A stretch of 64,000 bases of DNA from a virus. The DNA is taken from positions 9,554 through 73,553 of IMG/VR virus record IMGVR_UViG_3300029813_000075; one strand, written 5' to 3'. The first letter of the stretch is position 1. Every line of letters begins with the position of its first letter. Shown here piece by piece: positions 17,353-26,463 of this stretch. Made by a program: the position numbers and the translations under genes. The notes under the pieces are model-generated. The model was not told where the DNA came from. It saw only the letters and a program-made list of their open reading frames with translations, and did not search any database.

Positions 17353-17686
17353 CTTTCATCAATTCCATCTGCTCAAGTATCGTATCACATACAATAGTCG
17401 TGTTTGCAATCCCGCCCGTTCTCCCTCGATACTTTTCTATCCACTCTGCCAGGCGATCAAGTGTCGGCTTGTGAATCAGATCTCGGTTAGACTCCTGGAA
17501 AATGATTGACTTCAAAGTGTCCTCAGCATGTGACGCTATGCCCTTGATATCACGAAAAGACAAAAGGGCCATTTTGTAATCATCTTCTTTCAGACTGTTC
17601 TCAGCTGCATCAAGACTATTCTTGAGAGCATGGATTATTAGGTTAGGTTCATTTTTGCTCATTGTTACCACTACCCATATACGCAT
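17339..17686 (-). CDS. Hypothetical helical protein
   Basis: About 105-115 aa; tiles within the operon. Confidence 0.55.
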   Translation of the reverse strand: MRIWVVVTMSKNEPNLIIHALKNSLDAAENSLKEDDYKMALLSFRDIKGIASHAEDTLKSIIFQESNRDLIHKPTLDRLAEWIEKYRGRTGGIANTTIVCDTILEQMELMKDAPV

Positions 17687-17709
17687 TTACTGTATTTATA
17701 TGTTCGCCT

Positions 17710-17892
17710 TCAACTGACCCCTCGATAGTCAGGACTACCATCTGGATAGTAGAAAATCTTGCACTTCCTACAGTACCATCCCGTCTGCTCGTATCTCTCC
17801 TTGCCCTTGTACTTGGCACCAAGATCAATCTTCTGTACATAACAAGGACTATGGCATTTCCCACATAAGGGCTTCTTCCTCTTTCTTGGCAT
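17710..17892 (-). CDS. Small zinc-finger protein, paralogue of 14840-15097
   Basis: MPRKRKKPLCGKC..P...IDLG...GWYCRKC.IFY..G..D; ATG at 17892. Confidence 0.65.
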   Translation of the reverse strand: MPRKRKKPLCGKCHSPCYVQKIDLGAKYKGKERYEQTGWYCRKCKIFYYPDGSPDYRGVS

Positions 17893-18205
17893 CCTTCCTT
17901 TGGCCTGCCAGATCTCTGTTCGCGTTTCCAATAACCTTGGTGTTCTTGGGTTTCTCTCAATCATATCAATACGGTAAACATTACACAATTACCGTTATTA
18001 ACCTATGCAAAAGTCAGAATCATACCATTAAAAGCCAAATAGAGCCATTCTGTAATCAAACGGGAACTAAAATTACGCATTTACAGTAATTCAAAAGATA
18101 AATGACTCATTCTATGCCACGCAGAACTGCTCTCCCTGCATTTTAGAGTTTCATCAACGTTTCGCCATGCACTACGGGTAAACACGCCAAGTTGACACAA
18201 AGATT

Positions 18206-18451
18206 TCAATCATCATCCCAGTATAATTTTTGCATGGTTGAGATCCAAAAAGTGTACAAAGGCCATAGTATCAATATTGCCGTAACGGTGTGACCCGCCA
18301 TTGACCCGTATATCTCCAGGGTTCCAGGTTCACCAAATGGCACTAATGCCCATGTGTCAAAGAACCCTAAAAAATAATAGCTCCCCACCATGAGTACTGA
18401 CAGAACAGCAATGCCAATGACAAACAATCCAACCACGTGTATTTTACCCAT
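18206..18451 (-). CDS. Two-TM membrane protein
   Basis: Two hydrophobic helices; GGTGA RBS. Confidence 0.65.
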   Translation of the reverse strand: MGKIHVVGLFVIGIAVLSVLMVGSYYFLGFFDTWALVPFGEPGTLEIYGSMAGHTVTAILILWPLYTFWISTMQKLYWDDD

Positions 18452-18469
18452 ATCTTCACCTTCTTTTCA

Positions 18470-18706
18470 TTAGTCAATAAGACTGTCAGATATCCCTGGA
18501 TCCTCAACAAGCAAGTCCGATCTGATGAAACTTCGGACCTCTTTCAGCTTGAACTTGAGTCCTGTGATCTTAGCCTGAAGTTCTCCAGTAAACTCTTCAA
18601 GTCTTGCAGTCCTGGCTGTAAGTTCTTCGACCTCACCAACCAGCCGCTGCACCAACTGACGCAATTGAATGTTACTCGTTGGGATTCCTTTCTCACTCAT
18701 TATCAT
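18470..18706 (-). CDS. Coiled-coil protein
   Basis: Heptad repeat LVQRLVGEVEELTARTARLEE. Confidence 0.6.
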   Translation of the reverse strand: MIMSEKGIPTSNIQLRQLVQRLVGEVEELTARTARLEEFTGELQAKITGLKFKLKEVRSFIRSDLLVEDPGISDSLID

Positions 18707-19169
18707 ACCACTCCATAGTCCTCACCCAAATATCACACCACTTGTCAAAAGGAAGAGTCAGATCCATTGGTGACTCTATGAATGCAGCGTCAATGTCGGC
18801 TGAATCCCAAGTAGTGAGAAACACCCGCCATCTCAGGTCTTTGCCTGACGGTGCCACAGTGACAGGGTTTATCCTTGCTAAGAATTTCCTAGCTCTCTTC
18901 TTATCACGCTTGAACAACTCAGACATGACTACCATGACCTCGAGTTGACACTTGTAACTGAACACAAGTGACCGCCCTTTAGTATAGACGGCCAATGGCT
19001 TAATGCTCCTTGACAGCTCTTTGCTAATCTTGTCAATCACCCAATTGCGCGTCTTGGGTTTCTCATTGACACCCTTTCGCTTCCGTTTCCGGGGTTTGTC
19101 AAGCACTCCTGGTCGTGGGTCTTCCATGCGCCTGTGCGGTCTCATTAATCTTGGAAACTTACGCCCCAT
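18693..19169 (-). CDS. Basic hypothetical protein
   Basis: 158 aa, Arg/Lys-rich N-terminus, overlaps neighbours. Confidence 0.6.
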   Translation of the reverse strand: MGRKFPRLMRPHRRMEDPRPGVLDKPRKRKRKGVNEKPKTRNWVIDKISKELSRSIKPLAVYTKGRSLVFSYKCQLEVMVVMSELFKRDKKRARKFLARINPVTVAPSGKDLRWRVFLTTWDSADIDAAFIESPMDLTLPFDKWCDIWVRTMEWYDNE

Positions 19170-19587
19170 TCACAACATCTCCAAGCGCATCCTTGAATTG
19201 TGGATGCATGATTATGTCCAAAATCCCGGGTTCATCAAGAGCAGGTGTAGGGATATCTGCATACAAGTACCATCTATACTTGTCATAGAGATATTTCTCA
19301 CAGATCTCCTTCGCCACATCCATGCCTTCAGCAGTCAACTTATACTTGCCACGTGGCTGGATCAATTCTAAGAGTCCTCTTGCCACCAATGCCTTCACTG
19401 TATCCCAACACTGGAAGGTATCATCCTTCGTATCATGGAACCAGGCAAGTCTCCGAATGTGAGTAAACCTCAATTCATTATAATACTGCAGACACTTGAG
19501 AATAATCTTCTGCCTATATCCAAGTCCACTACCGCCCTTGGTCTTGGTGGGTGGGAAGTGGCTATATGGCATCATTTGACCACCCAT
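19159..19587 (-). CDS. Winged-helix DNA-binding protein
   Basis: IILKCL...LRFTHIRR...VKALVARGLLE...YKLTAEG pattern. Confidence 0.65.
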   Translation of the reverse strand: MGGQMMPYSHFPPTKTKGGSGLGYRQKIILKCLQYYNELRFTHIRRLAWFHDTKDDTFQCWDTVKALVARGLLELIQPRGKYKLTAEGMDVAKEICEKYLYDKYRWYLYADIPTPALDEPGILDIIMHPQFKDALGDVVNGA

Positions 19588-19937
19588 TCAACATTCGCCC
19601 AATCGACATTTAGCATGACCTTGGATTGCCTGTCAAACTGCTTCATGATTTCAGGCACACCATCACCATGCACCGCCTCAAGGACAAAAGTTCTCCACGT
19701 CTTGTGACTCTTGACACGCATCTCGTTCACGTACTCAAAGAAGTCCTTGTTCTTGAATCGCATGGTCAGACTCTTTGCACCTTCACTGGTTGGATAGTCC
19801 TTAGTGTCCCTATGCCTGGGGAAATGGCATAGATTCCACATGTACTCTTCCCAATTGGCAGACCTGAGCAAGGCCTTATGCGCCAAGATTAGATTCTTCT
19901 CATCACTGTTTACTTTGATTGTCAATGTATTCGTCAA
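19572..19937 (-). CDS. Putative tandem ribbon-helix-helix regulator
   Basis: Two similar units: TLTIKV...WEEYMWN and SLTMRF...WRTFVLE. Confidence 0.5.
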   Translation of the reverse strand: MTNTLTIKVNSDEKNLILAHKALLRSANWEEYMWNLCHFPRHRDTKDYPTSEGAKSLTMRFKNKDFFEYVNEMRVKSHKTWRTFVLEAVHGDGVPEIMKQFDRQSKVMLNVDWANVEWVVK

Positions 19938-20205
19938 TCTTGTTCACCTTGCCTTTGAGGTAGTCAACGTCACTCTCGATCCTATCAAGGGTACGTGCAA
20001 TTGTCACAAAATCTCCATTGATAGACTTGAACATTATGTCCTGATTAGTGATTATCGTGTTGATATTCGCCTTGGTCAGGTTGCTAGCATTTGACCGACA
20101 ACATGCCCAACAGATTATGATCGCCATGACTGCAAGTACAATCATAGTAAGTTGTTCTGCATTAATTAGTAGTTCTTGCATTTTTTGGTTTCCTCCACCA
20201 AGCAT
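19903..20205 (-). CDS. Single-TM anchored coiled-coil protein
   Basis: N-terminal hydrophobic helix followed by heptads. Confidence 0.6.
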   Translation of the reverse strand: MLGGGNQKMQELLINAEQLTMIVLAVMAIIICWACCRSNASNLTKANINTIITNQDIMFKSINGDFVTIARTLDRIESDVDYLKGKVNKIDEYIDNQSKQ

Positions 20206-20761
20206 TTGGACATTCCAAGTTATGTTCCATTATTTGTTGTGCCCCTTCTGAAGTGCCAGAATCATACACCACTCCACAAACCTCACACTTCATTGGATCC
20301 CTCATGCCAGCATCGACATTAGGAATCCATTCTATTCCCGGGCATTCATCATAATGCGTGAAGGCATCATCAACATTCAAGTCAGCACCACAAGCGGCAC
20401 ATATCATTCTGTCAGCTTCAGTCTTTACCTTGAGTGCATCAGCCATTTCAGAGACCCAAGTGCGCCTCTCTATGGCTCGCTTGTATGATTTAGGAGTAGC
20501 CTCTTTGAATGTGAATAACTCATGAATCTTGGCCTTCACAGCTTCCAGGGTCATTTCATCAAGAGGCTCACCAGTTGGCTGGTCAACCCGCCTGGGAGTC
20601 CTCATCATGTAAGTGCCTTCAGTGTCACCAAAGACAATTACAGGCTGCTGAAAGAGAGACCCGCAAAATGGGCAACACCGAATCACACTCTGCTTATCTG
20701 CATACTCCGGTTTCATGTGTGCATTGCACTGCCCACATCTGATAGTCTCTTTAACTGCCAT
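20162..20761 (-). CDS. Multi-zinc-finger protein (one C4 and two C2HC fingers)
   Basis: CGQC..CPFC; CAAC-x11-HYDEC; CEVC-x17-HNLEC. Confidence 0.7.
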   Translation of the reverse strand: MAVKETIRCGQCNAHMKPEYADKQSVIRCCPFCGSLFQQPVIVFGDTEGTYMMRTPRRVDQPTGEPLDEMTLEAVKAKIHELFTFKEATPKSYKRAIERRTWVSEMADALKVKTEADRMICAACGADLNVDDAFTHYDECPGIEWIPNVDAGMRDPMKCEVCGVVYDSGTSEGAQQIMEHNLECPNAWWRKPKNARTTN

Positions 20762-21063
20762 TAGGACTCATCCCTTTGAATCATTGTGGTCAGCACTTCG
20801 TACCAGGGAACCTTCTCTGGAGAGTTAGTGACTTTCCACACTTGCCCACAGTCACAACACCTAAGCCATAAGTATCCATCAACATAAATCCAAGGAAGAA
20901 CAATACCTTTCACACATCCATCTTCGGCAGAGGTGTGCATGGCATAATCAAAGGATACTTTGTACCCAATTATCATGCCATCTCTCTCAGTCACACGCCT
21001 GTAGAACGTGCGATCTGGATCCCACCGAATGATCTCTTCCGAGATCACTCTCTCAATGCCCAT
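20761..21063 (-). CDS. Hypothetical protein
   Basis: 100 aa; CCDCG; tiles within the operon. Confidence 0.55.
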   Translation of the reverse strand: MGIERVISEEIIRWDPDRTFYRRVTERDGMIIGYKVSFDYAMHTSAEDGCVKGIVLPWIYVDGYLWLRCCDCGQVWKVTNSPEKVPWYEVLTTMIQRDES

Positions 21064-21478
21064 TGTGAATACCTCTAGCGATTTCCTCTTTTGTGGCCTT
21101 CAACCTTCGGAAGGTCATTCTGTAAGGCTTCTTCGGTGTGCTCGTGCTTATGAAGCCTCGAGTCACCAAGCTCTGATATAGATTCGTGTCCTCTTCGTAG
21201 AGTCCATCATAGTTGAACTTGCGTGTTGGCTTCGACTGTGCCAACTTCACCGTAAGCAACAGTCTGCGCTCTTCAACCTTGGTCAATGGATACTTGTCAA
21301 AGCCATACTTACGCATGGTGGTCTCCATAGACTCTCGCACATCATCCTTGTCGGCCTTCAGTTCATCCTCACGCCTCATGATCTCTTTCAAGACCCTAGC
21401 GTGAAATTCCATCTCGGTAGCAAAAGCCACCTTCTCTTCTGCAATTTGTTTGTTGCTCTTTCTTCCCAACATTCTCAC
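21053..21478 (-). CDS. Hypothetical coiled-coil/basic protein
   Basis: 141 aa; GGTGA RBS. Confidence 0.65.
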   Translation of the reverse strand: MRMLGRKSNKQIAEEKVAFATEMEFHARVLKEIMRREDELKADKDDVRESMETTMRKYGFDKYPLTKVEERRLLLTVKLAQSKPTRKFNYDGLYEEDTNLYQSLVTRGFISTSTPKKPYRMTFRRLKATKEEIARGIHNGH

Positions 21479-21561
21479 CTTTTGTCTAATCGCATCCTAT
21501 TGTAAAACCAAGATACATGAATAGCAAAAAGAGCCCGCCTATCACAATTATCCAAAAAATA

Positions 21562-22068
21562 TCACTCTTGCTTGGCCTCTGCATTTTCTTCCTTCTCCTT
21601 CTCTCGGTAGCTTGCATTGAGACCGTCTATCAATTTCTCGCGGCACTCCTTATGAATGGGCTTACTCATGAACGTGTCATAATTTGTATTGTCCTTAATT
21701 GGCTCACTGCAAAAGAAGCAGTCAGACCATGCCCAAGACTCTGGAAGCTTAAATCTCAAAGTCCTGGCCTCTTGGATCTCAGCCACCTTCTTTTTCAAGT
21801 CTGAGATCTCTGTCCTGGCTCTGAGATGTGCGCTACTTAGGTTCCTGATTGTGGCCTTTGCCTCAGCCAACTCTTCTGCACATCTCCCCCCCCTTGGTTT
21901 GGAAATGATACATTCCTCGAAGTGTATTGCTATATCAGGGTCTTTGATAAATGTGTTACAGACAAAACACTTGATTCCAACACTTTTCTTTTGCCCACCA
22001 ATTTGATCTTCCCAGATCCATTCGCTTTTTCTAATGTAATCTCTAAAACTCACAGATTCTTTTGTCAT
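21562..22068 (-). CDS. Zinc finger-coiled coil-zinc finger protein
   Basis: CFVC-x11-HFEEC, coiled coil, CFFC...HKEC. Confidence 0.7.
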   Translation of the reverse strand: MTKESVSFRDYIRKSEWIWEDQIGGQKKSVGIKCFVCNTFIKDPDIAIHFEECIISKPRGGRCAEELAEAKATIRNLSSAHLRARTEISDLKKKVAEIQEARTLRFKLPESWAWSDCFFCSEPIKDNTNYDTFMSKPIHKECREKLIDGLNASYREKEKEENAEAKQE

Positions 22069-22070
22069 TA

Positions 22071-22316
22071 CTATCGATCCCCCGCCTTCGGTTTAGAGCC
22101 TCGAGGCATAATCGTCATTTCGACCTGTGTGACAAATCCATCATCATCTGTAAAGAGAACCCTATTGACCACGCCCCACAAATGACCCCCCCATGAGACC
22201 ACTTGAGCATCCAAGTCTGTCCATTGGACATACTTCTTTTTCCAAGGCCTTCTAAGTTCATATCGTTTCAGTCTTTGAATCTTTCTTCGTAACCAATCTA
22301 GCATTGCTTTCACCAC
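22071..22316 (-). CDS. Hypothetical protein
   Basis: 81 aa; basic amphipathic N-terminus. Confidence 0.5.
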   Translation of the reverse strand: MVKAMLDWLRRKIQRLKRYELRRPWKKKYVQWTDLDAQVVSWGGHLWGVVNRVLFTDDDGFVTQVEMTIMPRGSKPKAGDR

Positions 22317-23170
22317 TCCAAATGAGGCGTGAACTTAATATTGCCACCGCAGCCCTTGTGTTTGACCTCAATGCATTCACCACCACAATCGTCAGGTTCG
22401 ATTGTTGACACAAAGCAGTTATGCCAGTCCTCAGTCTTACCACGATCTGGTTCCCACCTGTCAGTATCACCAGCGTGACATGCCCACTCCTTGTTGCACT
22501 TGTCACACCAAGCTGCGATCTCACGCATGGCCTGGTGAAACTCATCATAACCGTATAACTTGAACACCTTCGGATCTGTCCAGCCACCACGAATGTCATT
22601 GCCACCATGCACGCTCACAATGATGAACGTGACCTTGGGATGGTTCCTTTCCTTGAATATCGTGTACTGGATATCTGAATCAAGCACATTGGCAAAGTTG
22701 TAAGTGTTGGCAGTCTCGATCTCAGTCCATCCAAACTCCTTCACTCCATCTTCGACCCACTCAGCCATGAGAACGTGCGGATACAACCATTGCTTAGCTC
22801 TCTCGGACTCCATGAACTCTTCAAAGTCACCATTCAATCTCCTGTTGAACTCCATGTGCTCAGTCATGAAGTGCCATAGCCTCAGGTTCAAGTATGTACA
22901 GTCACCGTACTTGGTGATATCAAGAGGCTCATAGTTCCTAAAATCTGGATACTCGTAAAGCTTCTTTCTCCACTTTTGCCAAGACCTGTTTCCACCATCA
23001 CCAGCATCCATTGGATGGACACCAGTGCATTCGGTCAGCATGAGCTGCACCACCTTCTGGGTCTCATTGTACCCTTCCGGTGTCACAGGCTCAGGCAGAC
23101 GATCTTTCTCTTCCTTGGTGCGTCTAGCAGACATGATAGTCATTGCCAGCCGCGTAAACAGATTGCTCAT
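22310..23170 (-). CDS. Viral hypothetical protein with C-terminal Cys/His cluster
   Basis: 286 aa; SVHGGNDIRGGWTDPKVF motif; has its own TATA-like promoter. Confidence 0.7.
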   Translation of the reverse strand: MSNLFTRLAMTIMSARRTKEEKDRLPEPVTPEGYNETQKVVQLMLTECTGVHPMDAGDGGNRSWQKWRKKLYEYPDFRNYEPLDITKYGDCTYLNLRLWHFMTEHMEFNRRLNGDFEEFMESERAKQWLYPHVLMAEWVEDGVKEFGWTEIETANTYNFANVLDSDIQYTIFKERNHPKVTFIIVSVHGGNDIRGGWTDPKVFKLYGYDEFHQAMREIAAWCDKCNKEWACHAGDTDRWEPDRGKTEDWHNCFVSTIEPDDCGGECIEVKHKGCGGNIKFTPHLEW

Positions 23171-23190
23171 TGTTGCTCACTCTCTATTCT

Positions 23191-23206
23191 CGTAATAATT
23201 ATTTAA
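23191..23206 (-). promoter_or_regulatory. Archaeal TATA-like box plus a half-site of the palindrome
   Basis: Minus strand TTAAATAA-TTATTACG, about 21-36 nt upstream of ATG 23170. Confidence 0.55.
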
Positions 23207-23235
23207 GACTTGCGTTTGCGTGTGCCCCCTCACTC

Positions 23236-23415
23236 TCATCGAATGTTGAAAGGATAAGGCAACGGGATATCCCGTAGATCGTTTCCACAATTCCAGCATC
23301 GAATCATCGCAGGGTCAACACTGAGCTTGATATTGCCATTCACAAGCTCTCTTGCTTTGAGTACATTCCTAGTCTGACACTTAGGACAGACTACTGTTTT
23401 TTGCCACCGTCTCAT
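23236..23415 (-). CDS. 59-aa zinc-ribbon protein, not in track
   Basis: MRRWQKTVVCPKC...IRCWNCGNDL; fills the gap exactly. Confidence 0.65.
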   Translation of the reverse strand: MRRWQKTVVCPKCQTRNVLKARELVNGNIKLSVDPAMIRCWNCGNDLRDIPLPYPFNIR

Positions 23416-23417
23416 TC

Positions 23418-23876
23418 TCAGTAACTCCCCTCAGGAGCGATAATCAGACTCATGCTCGTGAATCCGTCTTCAAACTTCACAATGTCGTCAAAGGATCCTG
23501 AGAACCGTGAGAAGTAGTACTTGTCAATAACCTCCTTGACTGTCTTCACACTCAGATCAGTATCGATGGCTATGTAGAAACTACCATCACGCTTATCCTT
23601 CAACATCTTACCAATGATTGCCTTTGGTTCAAGCACAGACTTGAGCTTGTCTAAGATTCTCTGCAGGTCGAAGGCCTTCAACTGCTCGAAGTACCATTCA
23701 ATCTTGTCCTTGAACTGGTAATTCTCGCCATGTTCATCATAGAACTCGTGTGCCCATATCTCTATGTCACCCTCGTCTATGTTCAGCAGCTGCATGAGGT
23801 CTTCCTCAATCGCTGCCCATTCTTGTTCAACGTCACTGTACTTTGCTCTAAATTCCATTATTTTCCTTAACATCAT
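23418..23876 (-). CDS. Acidic hypothetical protein
   Basis: 152 aa; ATGA overlap with PCNA. Confidence 0.65.
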   Translation of the reverse strand: MMLRKIMEFRAKYSDVEQEWAAIEEDLMQLLNIDEGDIEIWAHEFYDEHGENYQFKDKIEWYFEQLKAFDLQRILDKLKSVLEPKAIIGKMLKDKRDGSFYIAIDTDLSVKTVKEVIDKYYFSRFSGSFDDIVKFEDGFTSMSLIIAPEGSY

Positions 23877-24697
23877 AATTTGGCTCTCCCCAAATTTATA
23901 GGCCGCCTCTCAACTCTTGGAGCTAATATCATCTCCACCTTGATTCCGTGAGAGTCAACCATCGAGAGTTTTATTGGCTTGTCTTTAGCAAACTCCAGAA
24001 ATACACCATCGTTACCCAGAATGAACTTGCGAAACAGGTGTAGATATTCCGCATCGTATCTAGTCGCAGCCAAGTCCTTCCAGTAGGCAAGCTCATGCAC
24101 ACAATCATCTGGATCTGCATAGAACTCGGCATTGAACTCACCAAAGTCACCCTCACCTTCAAACACGATCTTGTTCTTCTCTTCAACTGTCAGCGTCAAG
24201 TGCCGCGTTACTTTCATTGCAGACTTGAGAATGCTCTTGAAGGTCTTGCCCTTGATTGTCATTCCCACAGTGAAAGGCAAGCTTGGCTTCTTTGTCCTAT
24301 CATCCTTCGGAATCAATAATGCCAATGACTCTTGGTGCCTGAAGTCACTGTGACCTATCACCATGAACCGCCCACCGCCGCCTGTGTTGTCAAGCTGAAA
24401 CTCAAGCCTCTGCTTGGCTGTGACTGTTGCCCGCTTCAACTCTCCCGCGTTAATGGTTACTACGGTCTCCTTGTCTTTGCTGTCATACTCGTACTCGGCC
24501 AAGGCCGAGCTTGGAACATTCCAGTGTATCATGCACGCCTTATTATCGTCTAGCTGCCTCAGCATAATACCACCATTGCCCAACACCAGTTCCATCTCTG
24601 TCAACAAGGCTTCGCTTCCATCCATGATGGACTTCAACCTCTTGATCACGTCAGCGTCACACGTCACTGCTCTCATCATCTTCGCACAATCCTCCAT
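23873..24697 (-). CDS. pcn: DNA sliding clamp PCNA
   Basis: GIMLRQLD....MIHW.VP..AL.EY, F.GEGD.G, RYDAEYL, LEF..DKPIKL, ILAPRVE; two-domain PCNA length. Confidence 0.93.
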   Translation of the reverse strand: MEDCAKMMRAVTCDADVIKRLKSIMDGSEALLTEMELVLGNGGIMLRQLDDNKACMIHWNVPSSALAEYEYDSKDKETVVTINAGELKRATVTAKQRLEFQLDNTGGGGRFMVIGHSDFRHQESLALLIPKDDRTKKPSLPFTVGMTIKGKTFKSILKSAMKVTRHLTLTVEEKNKIVFEGEGDFGEFNAEFYADPDDCVHELAYWKDLAATRYDAEYLHLFRKFILGNDGVFLEFAKDKPIKLSMVDSHGIKVEMILAPRVERRPINLGRAKL

Positions 24698-24906
24698 TCA
24701 TCAGCGGCAGAGTCAAAGTACTTGACACTCTTGTCACCAAGGAGATACCAGTTTATTCCATAGTGGCCGCCGTATTTCATGTTCAACCTCTCGTACTCTG
24801 CATAGGTCAGCCGAATGTTCTTGCTAGCAAAGTTCGGATACCCAACTGGTTCATTGCTCACAATCACGATCCGGTTGTCAGACTGTACCTCAATCACTTT
24901 CGCCAT
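24676..24906 (-). CDS. Hypothetical protein
   Basis: 76 aa; tiles within the operon. Confidence 0.55.
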   Translation of the reverse strand: MAKVIEVQSDNRIVIVSNEPVGYPNFASKNIRLTYAEYERLNMKYGGHYGINWYLLGDKSVKYFDSAADEWRIVRR

Positions 24907-25161
24907 TCAGTCGGCCTCCACAATCACAAACCAGCTCGATAACTTATCATAGAACTTGCGCGTTCTGTCTTTAATCATGTTTGCTAGCGGCCCCCACTTG
25001 TGACCATCCAATGCCGAGTTCCAATCCTTGATTGTCACCATCCGCGCAAACCCACGCCCACCAAATCTCACTATACTCAATCTGATATCGTTCTTCAGCT
25101 TGAGTTCGTCAAGGCACTCACGCACTATGGTTCTCAGTTCTCTCAGATTCACTTCAGCCAT
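24907..25161 (-). CDS. Hypothetical protein, possible paralogue of 25865-26095
   Basis: RTI.R..L..L.L...VRF pattern. Confidence 0.6.
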   Translation of the reverse strand: MAEVNLRELRTIVRECLDELKLKNDIRLSIVRFGGRGFARMVTIKDWNSALDGHKWGPLANMIKDRTRKFYDKLSSWFVIVEAD

Positions 25162-25868
25162 TAGAGCATCGCCCCCTTCAGTGCCTTGATGATAGCATCC
25201 ACTCTTGGCTTGTCTATGCGCCGCCCACCGTCTTTAATCAAGAACGTGCCGCAGTACTGGCATTTCACGTCAACCAAGAACGTTGCCTTTTCACTACCAC
25301 ACTTGGGTCTCCAAGATCCGCGAACACTATCCTCAACCACATGCCTCTTGTGGTCGACTGTGGCAGATCGCCCTTGAACCATTACCACATCGGAATCGCC
25401 CACCACAACCATTAATTTCTCGTGATTGCAGAAGGCCGCCTTCAAGTGCTCAGCCTCAATGGTTATCACAGCATAATCACCAGCATGTGGATTATCATAA
25501 AGCGCGTGAACTCGGCATCCCATATGGGGGTCAGTAGTGTCATGCCATTTGGCACCTTCCACCTTGGTAGGGCAGGCAATCATCTCCGCCCTCTTCTGCG
25601 CCAACTCAAGGTCGAAGTGCGTGTCACCCAACCACATCTCTTCCCACTCAGGACTAGGACTGTTCGGCATTCTGGGGATATCCCTAAACCTCAATCCCTC
25701 ATCATCGCTATCCATCTCAACCGCCCTGTAGTGTATGGCCTTGCCGCTCTCATCCTTGCACAGCGTTCCTTGCCAAGGATATCCATCATCGGTCCAGTAG
25801 TCGTTGTCACCGCAACCGCCTTGTTCCACCAGTATCAAGTATTCTTTCTCAGTCATTGTTGCCTTCAA
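25161..25868 (-). CDS. Hypothetical protein with C-terminal Cys motifs
   Basis: 235 aa; PKCG...CQYCG. Confidence 0.65.
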   Translation of the reverse strand: MKATMTEKEYLILVEQGGCGDNDYWTDDGYPWQGTLCKDESGKAIHYRAVEMDSDDEGLRFRDIPRMPNSPSPEWEEMWLGDTHFDLELAQKRAEMIACPTKVEGAKWHDTTDPHMGCRVHALYDNPHAGDYAVITIEAEHLKAAFCNHEKLMVVVGDSDVVMVQGRSATVDHKRHVVEDSVRGSWRPKCGSEKATFLVDVKCQYCGTFLIKDGGRRIDKPRVDAIIKALKGAML

Positions 25869-26095
25869 CTCCAGTGTATTACAGCATTGTGAATTTTGTC
25901 TTCAAGTATCTTAATTGCCAAATGTGCAGACAACATCATTTGTTGCCCAAGAGTCCCACTGAACTCTTTGACCCTGATTGCCCAAGCCTCATACTTGGTA
26001 AATCTCACTGTGTACTTGGCACTCAGATCCAACTTCTTCAGGAAGTCGTCTATGATCCTTCTAATTGTCCTTCTCTCATTTGCTGGTCCAGTCAT
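25865..26095 (-). CDS. Hypothetical protein, possible paralogue of 24907-25161
   Basis: RTIRR...LKKLDL...VRF. Confidence 0.6.
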   Translation of the reverse strand: MTGPANERRTIRRIIDDFLKKLDLSAKYTVRFTKYEAWAIRVKEFSGTLGQQMMLSAHLAIKILEDKIHNAVIHWS

Positions 26096-26102
26096 TTCTC
26101 AG

Positions 26103-26348
26103 TCACCATCCACTCTTGTAGAGGCTGCTCCTTGCAACCATCACAATGAAGTGCCTCTCGCCTATCGGGTCATGCGGATAACGATACACCATGAGAATTG
26201 CCTTGTAACCCAGCCGCCTGAAAAGCCGAGCCTCTTCATCTGCCCGATTCAGATCCCTGCAACTGCCTATCGGGTAGTAGATATCTTCGCCAATGTCCTT
26301 CGGTTCCAGCGCGTCAAGTACTGTTATCTTGCCTGTCATTTTACTCAC
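26103..26348 (-). CDS. Hypothetical protein
   Basis: About 78-81 aa; likely ATG at 26340. Confidence 0.55.
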   Translation of the reverse strand: MSKMTGKITVLDALEPKDIGEDIYYPIGSCRDLNRADEEARLFRRLGYKAILMVYRYPHDPIGERHFIVMVARSSLYKSGW

Positions 26349-26463
26349 TCTTGCCTATCAGCGTGTCAATGCGTTTTTCGATCTTGTCCAACTTCGCTTC
26401 GATATCTCTCAACTGCCGCTCAATCTGTTGGCACCAATCTATAGTGGGAATCGTGACGCTCAT
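26341..26463 (-). CDS. 40-aa coiled-coil peptide, not in track
   Basis: MSVTIPTIDWCQQIERQLRDIEAKLDKIEKRIDTLIGKSE; overlaps both neighbours. Confidence 0.6.
   Translation of the reverse strand: MSVTIPTIDWCQQIERQLRDIEAKLDKIEKRIDTLIGKSE

Noticed and set aside
18072-18090. Additional copy of the TTACG-N5-CGTAA palindrome
   Set aside because: Spacer is 7 nt with one mismatch; not counted as a copy.
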